A DNA stretch of 64,000 nucleotides from Trichosphaerium sp. ATCC 40318. Lineage: Eukaryota > Protista > Tubulinea. This document shows, one piece after another, positions 1 through 13,178 of the stretch. Made by a program: the position numbers and the translations under genes. Numbering within the stretch: position 1 is the stretch's first letter; each line of letters begins with the position of its first letter. The DNA is taken from contig JALMLS010000194.1 of assembly GCA_038496445.1 (NCBI GenBank), positions 62,001 through 126,000 of the forward strand. The letters are read 5' to 3'. The notes under the pieces were generated by a model, which was not told where the DNA came from, did no database searches, and worked only from the letters and a program-made list of their open reading frames with translations.

Positions 1-151
1 ATTGTTAATGAAGGCCTGAGAATTTACACCTTTTGATGAATTAGCATAGCAAATTAGTCAGAATACTTGTATTGTACACAAAAACCTTTTCAATAAATTC
101 GCTAAGTACAAGCAAATCAATCGTATTATCAAAACAGTTAACAAACAATTT
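1..151 (+). repeat. 3' flank of an RCC1-SAM-like gene copy (tail type Y), implying another copy just upstream of the window
   Basis: Near-identical to 11307-11457 and similar to ~15035-15172, the 3' flanks of copies 2 and 3; identity ends after ...aacagttaacaaacaattt. Confidence 0.85.
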
Positions 152-363
152 CAATGTAGAAAATATTGTTCCATTATCTATTGATGAAAGCTTCTGTCGT
201 TAGTTAGATTTGTTGATTGGTAGATGTGACAACTCGCTATTTCTTACAGAATGCCACCATCTTGATACAGCTAGTACTATATTTTTACTACAAGGTTTAT
301 AATCGAATGACAAACACAGAACAACTTTTTTTTTTTTTTTACTTCATATATGACATCAAATCA

Positions 364-2471
364 TTAGTTTTCTTCCGTTTCTTGCACTTTTTGAGGAGCG
401 ATGGATGCTTTTGGTTTCCATAATTTTACAGTATAATCATCACATCCAGTTGCAAACATTTCTTTTATCGGGTGCCAAGATATTTGGTTTACAAGCTTTT
501 TCATTTCTTGTAAGAAAAAAATTAGAAAACAAAAAAAACAAGCCACACAACATTTTTTGTTACTTACTGTCGTGTTCCATTATAGCCAGCTTTATTCCGC
601 CTCTAGTGAAAATACCCACTTTCCCATGATTATCACCACATAGAATATAATTACCGTCATTGGAGTATGAAGGAAAAATGAAAAACAAATCAGCTCCTCC
701 ACCATGAAGACATTTTGTATTAACAATAGTCGTCATTGATCCATCCTCTAACAACATTTCTACTATATGTAAATCCTCAAGAAGTTTGCCTTCTTCAGTA
801 ATAGCGCGTAAACTGAATAAGAGGTTAAATTGACAAATAAGGACAAAAGAAACAAAGAAATTGAACGAAAGAGCTTCAAAATTGGAGAAAAAAAAATACA
901 GCAAAAAGTGTTGTACAGACATACGTTACTAGCACAGATTTCGAATCAGGTGAACATACTGATCCAACAATAACTCCTGGCACGTATACATGTAAATAAG
1001 CATTATCAAAATTAAGCACATTCATTTCTTCTGAGAAGAGCATGCTTATTTCATAGACAACTATGCTTATCTTATAATCTGAACCACCTTTCTCATCAAA
1101 ACAAGAAGCGACTAAACGTCACCACCAAATTAGTACAAAAAAACTCTTGAAGTCACGTGATATTTTTGTGAAAAAAAAGAAAAAAACGTGAAAGACTTAT
1201 ATTCTGTCACGTGCCAAGATATTTCTGATCATTGGTTACCATCAGACCTGATATTGTATAATACCATTTTTCAGATACATACTTTTGTGGTATCATCTTA
1301 TGAATTGTCATCCCAAAGTCATCCACCTCGTAAGGTAACAAGTTACCATTAGAAATAGTATATATTGAAAAAACTACTTGACGTCTATGAATACAATCTT
1401 TGAAACAACATGAGTAAAAAACAAGATAGATAGCATAAAGAGAAAGGCAGAAAGAAAGACATAACAAAAAGAAGAAAAAAAAAAAAAAAAAAAGGTACCA
1501 AGAAAATCTTACTTGTAAGCAAATAGAGCCTATCTTCTATTGTCACAAACTGCGGCATTATATCAAAAGGTGACGCATCAAACGTTCCAACATACTTTTC
1601 CTCTTTCATGTACCAAATAGTACATACTTCATTGTCCTGTAGTTTGGTTAAATTAAATCACGTGACAAAAAAAAAATGTGCTTGACGTACTTTCATAGCA
1701 TAGACAAGGTAATTACTACATTCAGACCATTTATGTGAAGATACAGCACTTCTACCATCTACCAGGTCAAGCCAAGATACTAGTTCATCATTTTCTAGTT
1801 TAAACAAGCTTATACCATGTGCGCCTGTAACACTAATTAACACGTCTTGTACCTTTCAAGAAATAAAACCTCAACAAACATGACAACATAGTGGTCGCTG
1901 GAGGAGATCATCCATGGTCCTATGGAACGACCACTGTACGTGTCATTGTTGAAGAAGGTTTTAAATAATAAAAAAAAAGCAGGTATTTGTAGACTTGCCT
2001 GAAGCACAAAGATATTCTCCGTTTGGACTCCAACTAACGTTCCATACCTTCAAAAAAATATACGTTAACGCCAAGTGTGTCATTTCATTATTTTGCCCAA
2101 ACGCACTTCGTCAAGCTTTATACGTGTATCAATATAATCCCATGTACTCGTTATATGGTGTTTAATGTACGTCTTGTAATATTGTGAGTTTTAACGCTTG
2201 TTTTTGCCATGTATTACCTCTTTCCATGTTTTAGACGCTAGTCTATGCGATTTTGGAACATCTTCGCTTTGTGGCATCCACCTAGAACGAAATTGGGTCC
2301 TCCAAAGCCGTTCATTACTAAACGTGTCTGACCAGCGTCTGTATACCGTTATTTATCTAATTAAACCAAAATCACGTACTTACAAACCAACGACACTCTA
2401 TTCAACTCGCAAAGCGGCAATTCGGAAAGAATAGATGATAAAATCTCTTTAGGCAGCTGTTCAGTAGTCAT
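364..2471 (-). CDS. F-box/WD40-repeat protein (multi-exon)
   Basis: N-terminal F-box MTTEQLPKEILSSILSELPLCELNRVSLVCK|RW; WD40 fragments VWNVSWSPNGEYL and VNQISWHPIKEMFATGCDDYTVKLWK. Confidence 0.8.
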
Positions 2472-2605
2472 GGCGGCTAATTAACGTGATGAGTTTTATT
2501 TCAAGCGAAAAGAAAAAACGTTGACTTTTTTCTAAAAAAACTGTCGATGCTTCGCTTGGTGCTACTGCCCTTGGACTTCAACCCACTTATTTTTGTACAG
2601 CGATT

Positions 2606-5600
2606 CTATAGTTTATTTAAAGTAGTATCAAGATTATTATTAGATGCTTGATAATCCGACATTTGTGACAAAAAGTCTTTGTTGGTAAGATGTACGTCAT
2701 TGTTGAAATGAGCCTTGTTGTCCCATTATAACTGATGTAGTACTACTCTCTGATGAGGTAAAAAGAGTGCTTCCACCAGCTGCTTTCCATATAGGACAGA
2801 AATAACTAGCGATCAATTGCCGATATGATCTAAAAACAGGTGAAAAGTGATATCATCACAAAAAAAAAAGTTGGAAAATGCAGCAAGTTGTTCTTTTTGA
2901 TTACCTGCCAAACATAAAAGCTATGAACAAAATAATACCATTTCCTAAACCCAGTTAATATTATTATCAAGAACAATAAGCGAGCAAAGAATGTATTCAT
3001 AGAAAATTCTCCACGTGGTCAAAAAAGAACAAGTTTTACTTCTTTAAAAAAAATAAGCGTTGTTCTATGACTATCGCCAGTATTAAACTGGATAAATCAA
3101 CTGACGTTTGATACAAGTAAATTCCTTGTTTCCAAAGTGCAAAGTAACTGCTGCTGCAGGAGTGTTCCAGTCTTTTTGGTTGAGTCCAATATGAGTAAAT
3201 AAAAAAACGTACCACCAATACAAAAGACAAACAGGAGCGTAGCTGGTAAGGATAGGAAATCATCTGTAAAACATATATCTACGTTACCTGTATTTTGTTG
3301 TAAACATGTTACCAACTTGTTAAGTCCAAAGCCCGATAGAGACTCAGTGTAAGCCCTGAACCTAAAAAACAAAAAAAATTAATCAAAAAGCTATTGGCAT
3401 AAAACCACTGGTGGAAAAAAAAACGTGTAGCGTGTACCCTACTATATACATTAACGTGCAAAAATAACAAACAAGATGTGCTATGATAAGATTTCTTGTT
3501 TGCATTTTAGACTTCGAGTCAGCTGCCAAATTTCTTTGCTTTAAAATTCAAAGTTAATTTTTTTCCAATAAAACTTTGACTTTGTATGGTACCTTGTAGA
3601 TATGATAGAGCATATAAACAAGCGAAATAACTCCTACAAATGAAGCTGGTATCAACGGTAATCCAAAGTAAAATATCCATTGAGCCCAGTCATCTCCAAT
3701 TGTAACTTAAAACAAAATAAGAAAACTGAACGACAATCTGGTTTTGTTTGGCAGCATAGTGCTATTGTAGGTACTAGCTGTAACGTAAATGTTTCAAGCA
3801 TAATATCTATGTGTTCATTTTCGGTATCACAGATAGTAAAACAAAATCACGTGACAGTAAACATTTTTTCATCGCTTGCTGAAAAAAAGAAAAAAAAATA
3901 AGAATAAGTTTATCACGTACTGAAACAAAAGGGTAGTCCAGGAACTGCCTCAATATATCCGCCTACCAAAGCAATGAAAGTGAATATTCCTGGTATACCC
4001 CAAAGTATACAATAAACAATCTAAAGACCCATTACTCTCTGTAGAGGCGATGGACAGAGTAAAACGTACAATTCTATAATGTAACGGAAATTTACCACTC
4101 ACAAGCTTGGTACCACGGAAAGTTATATAGCCAAGATTTGTAGCCATTACTGACCACGTAATAATAAGTTGATGTGCAGCAAATATAACAAAAACACCTA
4201 TTTATTGGAATCAGAAATTGCTACTGTTTTAAAATATTTTAACTCACCTTGAATTGTACATGGAGCATGCCATGTATGAGCTAGCCTTGCTTTGTTTTCA
4301 CAAATGAAAAAGTTTGGTGATAGTATAGATACAAATAAGCAGACTCCTGTAGCGAAAGCATCTGCTGTGATGATTGGAAAGAACTGAGTTTGGAATTTCC
4401 GAAACCGGAAAAAAAAAAGTTAGCATAAAAAAGCGATCTATTGATGGTACTTACTTCGGACTTCCTATGAACATCAAGAAGCTTCCTAACGCTAATAAAG
4501 ACCCTAACCCACTTACAATTGCAGTGAATATATTTATTATATTCTGTGATCGGTCTGAGAACGCTGTAGGAGGACAAGAATAACAAGGTCCTTCATCTAA
4601 ACAAAATATTATTTTTGCTTCCAAGTAGCTTTCTTTGGAAGTAAGGAACATACTATATAGGTATTCTGTTGACTCTACGTCCGGTAATAAACGTGGAGGG
4701 AAGCAAGTCAAAGCGCCCACTACAGTATTAAGCATGAGTAGGCGTCGTGTTTGGAAGAAATTAAACCGCGAGAAAAAAATGACAAAAATAGGCTTCAGTC
4801 ACCTGTAGCATTATTGGTTGTGGTGCCATTGCATTCCTGAGACACCACATCACAATCTGGTAAATCCACATCTCCAAGCGATAAGAATGGAGAGCACTGA
4901 AGAGCAATATCATCACAGTCATCTCGACAAGGTAGAGAAAAACCTTCAGGAAACGAATCATTGCATGTTTTAAAAGCACTTTGACACCCGAACAACACAA
5001 CAGATGCCTTGCACGATGCGCCACCAACGAAATCCAAGATATCTAGCTGTTGAAATTGCTTTTCAATCGAGCTAAGCTACTGTAAGCCAACCACGAACAA
5101 AAAAGTAAATAGTTAATAGACAACTGTCTAATCTTTGCTGATTTCGAGCTGTACAGTATTCTAGGTGTTGTTTGTTTGTAATTAAAAGGTCGTACGATTG
5201 TATTGATGCTTGCGTTTCATTTTCGGGAAGGAAGACGATTAATTGATTTACAATTACGCTGTCGCACCTAATAAAACGTAAGAAAGCGTTATAGCAAACA
5301 AAAGACGAGTTCAAATTCTTTTTCTCTCTAAAACTTGTTTTCGAATCAAAAACGTCCACAACGCGTGATGATGGTGTTTTTTTAGTGTACAGATGGTTTA
5401 ACAAAGAATTACTTCTGTTAGCGTAAACAACACTTTGTAAAAACTTTCTTTAAAGTGATTATAAATACTCAATAGCAGTAAAAATGGCGCATAGAAGTGC
5501 ATTGCGAGCAAAAGCGAAGTTTTGATTCGGATTAATCTTTTTGTATTGCGCGTACCTAAACGGGGTTCCTGTAACATTGTGTATATAGGGTGCGCAGTCA

Positions 5601-5659
5601 CACAGTACACACAGAGCCATAGAAAATAAATATACTATTAAAAGCACCTTATGTGCCAT
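2606..5659 (-). CDS. Frizzled/Smoothened-like GPCR (signal peptide, Cys-rich domain, multiple TM helices; multi-exon)
   Basis: Signal peptide MAHKVLLIVYLFSMALCVLC; CRD-like FGCQSAFKTC...LPCRDDCDDIALQC...LPDC; several hydrophobic exons; CTIQG motif; resembles Dictyostelium Fsl receptors. Confidence 0.7.
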
Positions 5660-6057
5660 TATTCAACCTCACAGGCGATTAAACGTTCTTTATATGTCAA
5701 TTACAAGTTTGATGCTTAACTACAAACTGAATAAGTTCAACCGTAATGGTGACTTAGCTTAGTCACTACATTTGAAGCAGTGAGCGTCAAGGATGTATTA
5801 TTTGAGGTTGAAACTGTGTTTTGCAAAGTCAAAAATTTATTCTTATCTAGATTATCGCTCACGTGCGAACCTATCCTGACCTGGCTTGGCACGTGACCTC
5901 CTTGTAAAAAGCGCAAATAAAATATTGGTTATTGTTTGACCAAGGTTTACTACTATCACGTGGCAATAACATACGGTGTCTGAGAATAAACAAGTACGAA
6001 TAGCTGCCCCAAAACCTATTTACATTATTTAGATACAGGCTCTACAATTATAACGTT

Positions 6058-7930
6058 ATGGCAGAACTACAATCTTCGTCAGTTAATTTACAATATGTTA
6101 CCCGTTTGACCACTGGTGAAGACCATTCAATGGTAATCGCAGACGATGGCTTTGTTTACACGTGGGGACGAAACAATTACCACCAATTGGGTAATACAGA
6201 CGAAGGAAAGAGTTCTATCGCAAGACCAATAAAATCAGTCATAAATATCGTCTGTATTGCTGCTGGATGCTTTCATAGCCTTGCAGTTGATTCAAACGGT
6301 ATTGTGTATGCGTGGGGCATTAATTCAGATGGGTCATTGGGTCTGGGTCACTTTGCGTCACCTGTTTCGTCACCAACACGTGTTCCAAATCTCAACAATA
6401 TCACGAAAGTCTCTGCCTATTTTGCGAGTATGGCGTTATCAAAATCAGGTCATGTCTACTCTTGGGGATACAACAGATTTCAAGGATTGGGTCATTCATT
6501 CGACAATTCAATAGTTTCATCACCAGCGGTTATTCCAAATCTTCAAAATGTTCAAAAAATTCAAACTAATTTCCGTGTAAGTGGAGCAATGACGTCAACA
6601 GGTCATGTCTTTCTTTGGGGAACAACACAAGAGAAAGCAAAAGATAAATCATTATTCTTGAATCCAAAGACAATTTCACGTGTTCCAAGTATTGATGATG
6701 CCACTGATATTGCCATTGGTTCTCGTCATGTACTTGTTCTCCTCAAGTCAGGACACAACTACAATGGGTGTCTTGGGTTGGGTATTGATGACAATTATGG
6801 CCAGGGTATCATCAAAGGACTCAATAACATCATATCTGTACATGCTGGTTACTATTCATCATTTGCGATTGATGATGAAGGTTGTTTGTTTGGTTGGGGT
6901 AAAGGGAAATGGATTGATTCGTTCTCATCAAACAAACCATTAAAATTACCTGGAACATATCTTGAGTTTGCCAATAAACAATGGCATTACTTGGCAATAT
7001 CTCATGACTTTCAGTTGGTCACAGGTGGAAATAATGATTATGGTCAATCAACACGACAAAAGTTAACATTCACCAATTATGAAAAGGTACTTTGAAATCT
7101 TATTTGTCTTTCTTTTTGTCTGACAATCTACAAGCACTTTAAACCAGCCAATAAAGTAATCACAAAAGATAAAAACAATGATGCTGTGAAAGCAATGAAT
7201 GCAGAGGTAAAAGAAGACCGAAAAGATAAGTACTTGTCAAAAGCCGTGGTTGAGCCCAATCGTGATTACACCAAGTTTGGAGATGATCCTGATCACCTTG
7301 ATATCATTCAAGATGCCCTTGAAGCCTTTAAAATACACCAAAATCAAGACAACAACTTCCTCAACATAAGTCAAAGCCATAAAGACTACAATAAGGTATG
7401 TTCTAATCAAATAGTATAGCTAATAGTGATAAAGAAGTATGACCAACCAAATGATGATAATCGTTCTGACAACATACAAAATGATCCAAGAGCAATACCT
7501 CAAAATTCATGGATAAATAAACCAAATGTTTCCGTAATTGACAACAAGGTACATCAATATAAAAAATGTTTATTTTGTATTAATTAACTGGTTTTTAGAA
7601 TACCATCAACTTATCTAGTACACCATTTGTTACAACTCATTCAGATGTTGCTAAAGTGAATGTACAAGCTACCGTTTTTTTATTGATTATACTCACTTCT
7701 GTTAGAAGCCGAAACCGTCTGAAAGAACCGTACAATCAAGTGAAAAAATTGAGTGGGTGAGTACTTTGATATCAGCAGGGTTTGACAAATCAAGAGCACA
7801 AAAATTTGGATCCAAACTGAATCGTATGTGCGTTGACTTGAATGATGTCACAGGAAAGGTTATGAAAAGACTTGGATTCACTGTACTTGAGCGTCTTGAC
7901 TTTATTGAGTACCAAGACAAACAATTGTAA
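6058..7930 (+). CDS. RCC1-propeller + linker + SAM-like protein, copy 1 (linker A, tail X; 18-nt in-frame deletion in blade 5)
   Basis: RCC1 repeats (G-xx-HS..., VY.WG.N..G.LG) in exon 6058-7086; intron 7087-7134; further phase-0 exons ending ...RLGFTVLERLDFIEYQDKQL*. Confidence 0.85.
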
Positions 7931-8019
7931 ACGTTCAATAAACCTCCCTTTAGTTAGTATCAAATGTGTAGCTACAGCATTATTGTGGCGTCTAAGTAAC
8001 ATCAAAATATGTAATACAT

Positions 8020-8272
8020 GACATGGAAGTGTTTAAATACATTAAATCACGTAGAGAAGGCATGATAACAAATGACATTAGAACATGGGAAGGATGGTAC
8101 AACAACAATAAAAGCGAAGGTGAGTTTTAGGAGAAAGAGACTCTATTTGTGAATAACTATAAGAACGAGTCTTGATGGTAAATACACGATACATAGAGAT
8201 ATTTGGACATACAGCGAGGAAGAAGTGCTTCAAGGTCAGTACAAGCAAGGCGTTTTAGTATTCAAGCAATAG
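8020..8272 (+). pseudogene. Decayed MORN-variant repeat gene fragment
   Basis: Broken translation WEGWYNNNKSEGEF*...NNYKN/LDGKYT...QGQYKQGVLV with a stop and frameshift. Confidence 0.45.
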
Positions 8273-8362
8273 TATTGCTGTAAAGTTGAATGTTGTGGTT
8301 TGGTTAAGCAAAAGCTATACACATTGAAAACAAGCTTGAAGGTATGTACGAGAATGGAATGT

Positions 8363-9414
8363 TTATTTTTTTTTTTTAAAGCTCGTACTTTGGCTTGTCT
8401 TTCGCTTTTTTTGATTTCTTTGCAGCTTGTTTAGCATCATAATCTTTTGGCTTTTTCTTAACACACGTGCAAGCGTTTTGTTGACTTTCCAAGAATGGAG
8501 TACATCCGAAAATGAGAGTACCACTATAGTACGTTTTGGCCTAAAGAAAAAAAAAATAAGAATAAAAAAAGAAAAAAGTAAAAAAAGCCTATCTCCTCTC
8601 AAGACCGTCAAACAAATCCAGTAATGTATGGAATAGATTTATAAATAGTTGTTTTATAGTAATACAAAGTCCTTTGGGCCTTGGAGTACGTAGGAACACC
8701 ATAAAAAATTGTTTTTTTGAAAAAAAGAGAAAGCGTCACTTTTTGTGAAAACGGAAGTTGAGGTTTAAAAAGCGACTTCGTACCATTCCCAAACATTCAT
8801 TTATGTTGAGAGTCGCTTTGTATTGTTTTCTACAGTGCGTTTGCATGCATTGCTACAGAAAAAAAAGAAGTTAGACAAGAAAAGACAATAAAGAAGCATG
8901 TAATTCGATTTCATGCGTTGTTTGATCAGTTTTGAGCGGTTTTTTGTTCAAATAGCACATGAAACGCGATTGAAGCACAAAAAAATAACCACTGCATCTC
9001 TTAGCGTACGTGGAATGCGTCATCACACTTTTTTTTGTCTTTTCTGCATGTATCGTAACAATAATCATGACGGTTGCAACAGCTTGTAAAATCGAACTTG
9101 GATGATACCTAGAAGGGAATCAGCGCTCTTTAACGCTACTTTACTTGATTATCAATAAACAACGCTTAAAACATCATCTTGACGCTAAAAATGATGCGTT
9201 TACGTACTTGTATGCCCATTGCACCACATCCATTGGCTGTGGGCGTGTGTTTTGTATTTACCATCTTAACGCTGCCTATTCGCTGTTAGAATTACTCAGC
9301 ATTGAGTTTTAGCTTTCCTTTCGGGCAATGATAAAAACAATCCCCTTGAGCATTTATGACACAGGTACATACTGCCAATAGCAATAAAAACGCGTAGAAA
9401 GCAGATGAAGGCAT
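8363..9414 (-). CDS. Secretory phospholipase A2, group XII-like (multi-exon)
   Basis: Spliced MPSSAFYAFLLLLAVC...PTANGCGAMGIQ|VSSKFDFTSCCNRHDYCYDTCRKDKKKCDDAFH|QCMQTHC...FGCTPFLESQQNACTC; the CCxxHDxCY catalytic motif and NGCG loop match PLA2G12; first donor site is atypical. Confidence 0.85.
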
Positions 9415-9482
9415 CTTCGCGAAAAAAAAATTGAAAGAGGTAATTTGTCGCCGAATTTCTTTTGCAGTATTGCGCGGTTATT

Positions 9483-11296
9483 ATGGCAGAACCTCACACT
9501 TCCTCAGTTAATTTACAATATGTTAACCGTTTGGCCACTGGTTCCAACCATTCAATGGTAATCGCAGACGATGGCTTTGTTTACACGTGGGGACTAAACA
9601 ATCACCGCCAATTGGGTACAGACGAAAATGAGAGTTATATCGCAAGACCAATAAAATCACTCGTAAATATCGTCTGTATTGCTGCTGGATACGAACATAG
9701 CCTTGCAGTTGATTCAAACGGTATTGTGTATGTATGGGGCTGTAATTCAGACGGGTCATTGGGTCTGGGTCACTTTGCGTCACCTGTTTCGTCACCAACA
9801 CGTGTTCCAAATCTCAACAATATCACGAACGTCTCTGCCTATTTTGTGAGTATGGCGTTATCAAAATCAGGTCATGTCTACTCTTGGGGAGACAACAGAA
9901 ATCAAGGATTGGGTCATTCATTCAACAAGAAGAAAGTTTCATCACCAGCGGTTATTCCAAATCTTCAAAATGTTCAAAAAATTCAAACTAACGTGTATGT
10001 AAGTGGAGCAATGACGTCAACAGGTCATGTCTTTCTTTGGGGAACAACAGATCATGAAGCAAAAGATAAATCGTTATTCTTGAAACGAAAGACAATTTCA
10101 CGTGTTCCAAGTATTGATGATGCCACTGATATTGCCATTGGTGATTGTCATGTACTTGTTCTCCTCAAGTCAGGACAAGTATTTTCTTTTGGATACAACT
10201 TCAATGGGTGTCTTGGGTTGGGTATTGATGGCGAGTATGGCCAGGGTATCATCAAAGGACTCAATAACATCAAATCTGTACATGCTGGTGTGTGTACATC
10301 ATTTGCGATTGATGATGAAGGTTGTTTGTTTGGTTGGGGTAAAGGGAAATGGATTGATTCGTTCTCATCAAACAAACCATTAAAATTACCTGGAAAATAT
10401 CTTGAGTTTGCCAATAAACGATGGCATTACTTGGCAATATCTCATGACTTGTGGCATTACTTAGCAATATCTCATGACTTTCAGTTGGTCACAGGTGGAG
10501 ATAATGGTTATGGTCAATCAACACCACAAAAGTTAACATTCACCAATTATGAAAAGGTACTTTGAAATCTTATTTGTCTTTCTTTTTGTCTCACAATCTA
10601 CAAGCACTTTAAACCAGCCAATAAAGTAATCGCAAAAGATAAAAACGATGATGCTGTGAAAGCAATGAATGCAGAGGTAAAAGAAGACAGAAAAGATAAG
10701 TACTTGTCAAAAGCTGTGGTTGAGCCCAATCGTGATTACACCAAGTTTGGAGATGCTCCTGATCACCTTGATATCATTCAAGATGCCCTTGAAGCCTTTA
10801 AAATACACCAAAATCGAGATGAATACATCAACAATGTAAGTATCAGAAAATAAGCGATACCTATCTCACATGGTATTTTAGGTTAACAATCCTCGCTTGT
10901 CACTTGATGAACACACCTCAAATGTTCGCCCTGTTTCATCAAACTACAACACGTCACTTTTATCTGAACAATCGTGGAATGACAAGCCTCATGTTTCAGT
11001 CGCTCACACAAAGGTGTCTCGTTTTAATTTTATTTTCTTCACATTTAATTTTGTTCGTTTAGTCGGAGTTCTGTCCACCTCAAGAGAATCAATCAGTCGC
11101 TACTCCCAAATATGATTGGAAGTCAACATTGGCGAGGTTGGGTATTTCAAGTAAAAGAGCACAAGAACTTGGGTCGTTGATGAACAAAGCAGCCATCAAG
11201 AAAAGTGAAATCATTCCTGAAGTGTTAGAAGAGCTTGGATTCAATGTGATTGAGCGTATCAAAGTCATAAAAGCAAAGGAAAACAAAATGCTATAA
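9483..11296 (+). CDS. RCC1-propeller + linker + SAM-like protein, copy 2 (linker A, tail Y; 30-nt duplication WHYLAISHDL)
   Basis: ATG 9483; RCC1 exon ends at the gaaaag|gtact donor; final exon DWKSTLARLGISSKRAQELG...LGFNVIERIKVIKAKENKML*. Confidence 0.85.
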
Positions 11297-11554
11297 ACAG
11301 AACATCATTGTTAATGAAGGCCTGAGAATTTACACCTTTTGATGAATTAGCATAGCAAATTAGTCAGAATACTTGTATTGTACACAAAAACCTTTTCAAT
11401 AAATTTGCTAAGTACAAGCAAATCAATCGTATTATCAAAACAGTTAACAAACAATTTTGGTCACTTATATTACCAGCTGGTTTGCCAACACAAAAAAAAA
11501 ATTTACAATCTTTAGAATAATATTTCGTGGTATCATACAAGCGGCTTTTTAATA

Positions 11555-13033
11555 CGAATACTGTGAGGTTATTAGGATCACTCCTTATTTGATCAGTCTT
11601 GAATACAACTGTAGCACGCCATGTGGCCACAGCAGTATTTCTAGGAGCTGTCCACTATTTCATAAAACAGTCAGACAAAGAAAGAAAAACAACGTTCAAA
11701 AATCGTTTCAGACGTTAATGTTTTGTTGTTCTGTTGGACTTCTTGGTTGTTTTAACATAAGGAGAAACGTACAGTAAACATGCCATCAAAAGCTGGGTAC
11801 GGCTGACCATTTCGTGTCCACGTGATAGTAAGTTCTTCATTGTGATTGTTTTTCTCTTTACGGAACTGAGCCACTTGAACTACTTTAGCTGTAACAGTAA
11901 TATCTGCAGTGCCACAATCAGCTTCGATATCATCAATCAAGTTCACTACAGCAAAGAAACGAAGCCACCTAAATATCATGAACACGTGTCAACAAAATCA
12001 TTAAAGTGACATGGTACTACTTACATATTCTCAACATCAACAGGACAGAAATGTGGAGAACTCATATTGCGCATGAGACAATACTCGTTCATAGGTCTGT
12101 ATCCTGCCAACGTATTTCCAAGGCGGTAAGTCTTGTATGCTCCGATATAATCTTCCCAGTGGAACTGAGGTGCGTCCATGTATTCATGAAGTGTCAGAGA
12201 GCACAGTTGACGTTCAATTGGCCCAGAACCAGGGTACGCTATGAAAGTCATAAAAACGAAAGGAAAGGTTTTTTTAGTGTTTGGTTACCCTGCTTGAATT
12301 CTAAGGTATGTTCACCAGAAGAGAATCCTTCGGATCCCTCATACTGATAAAACGTTCTGTCGTCTTCACCATGTGACTTCCAATCGAGTGGTTCACCATC
12401 AAAGAGCACAATATTAAAAAACAAAAATCAGAAAAAACTTTGAAAGTACAAAAAGGGTTACTTGTTTGAAGTCTCAACTGAGCATCTTGTGCGACTACCG
12501 GAGGTCTATCAGTTAACCAATGACCCATTTGGAGGCTGCTTGAGTAAGAGACGAAGCGTAATTGGCGCCATTGTAGGCAGATCCACCATCATACTCCTCG
12601 CCTATGAAGTGTCATGTTACAACTGCTTTTTGCTCTAAAAGTCCGTACCAACTTTACCAAAGTTGTGACCGAGTTCTAGAAAAAAGTTGAGTTTGTAGGG
12701 TTTTTTTAGTTTTTTACCTTTGCTGGGCGTTTAACAACTTTACACTCCCTGTGAAGTACTCTTGTGGCAATATGCTTTGTCGTAGCATAGAGCTCATACA
12801 CTTTACCTCCATTTACGCCAGTATCATAAGAAATAATTTGAGGTGAAGATTCCAAGTTAAATTTTTTTTCTTCTACGAACCCACGATACTTTGGTACGTA
12901 CTCCTCAACTACTGTCGTGCATTTCTTGGAGTGGGGTATTTGTAACAAATCTGATGTGGTAGCTATCGTTTGGATGCTTCGACAATACTATTACCGCTAT
13001 GTACGCCAACAGAAGAGCAACAAAACGTTTCAT
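11555..13033 (-). pseudogene. Deleted duplicate of the M64 peptidase gene
   Basis: Near-identical to 15380-17704 but lacks ~16239-16419 and ~16683-17345 (the latter removes HE of HELGH) and the C-terminal end; also has small frameshifts. Confidence 0.9.
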
Positions 13034-13136
13034 ATACAAGCGAATATTTTGATGCTGGATTTGCCAAGTAAAACAAGTTGGCAAAACGTTTTGCTACACG
13101 CAGTCTAAACTTCAATATTACGGTTTTACATGAGTT

Positions 13137-13178
13137 ATGGCAGAACCGCTAACTACGTCAGTCAATTTGCATATGTTA
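13137..13178 (+). pseudogene. 5' stub of the RCC1 gene (MAEPLTTSVNL) ~100 bp upstream of copy 3
   Basis: atggcagaaccgctaactacgtcagtcaatttgcatatgtta resembles the start atggcagaaccacaatcttcg.c.gttaatttacaatatgtta. Confidence 0.75.

Noticed and set aside
6257-6943. Recurring ORFs MLLD... and MFQVLMMP... (and antisense MANSRY...)
   Set aside because: Alternate-frame shadows of the RCC1 exon, repeated only because the DNA is repeated
7087-7095. RCC1 ORFs ending at ...EKVL*
   Set aside because: The stop lies within a conserved intron (aag|gtac); in-frame conserved downstream exons exist in all copies
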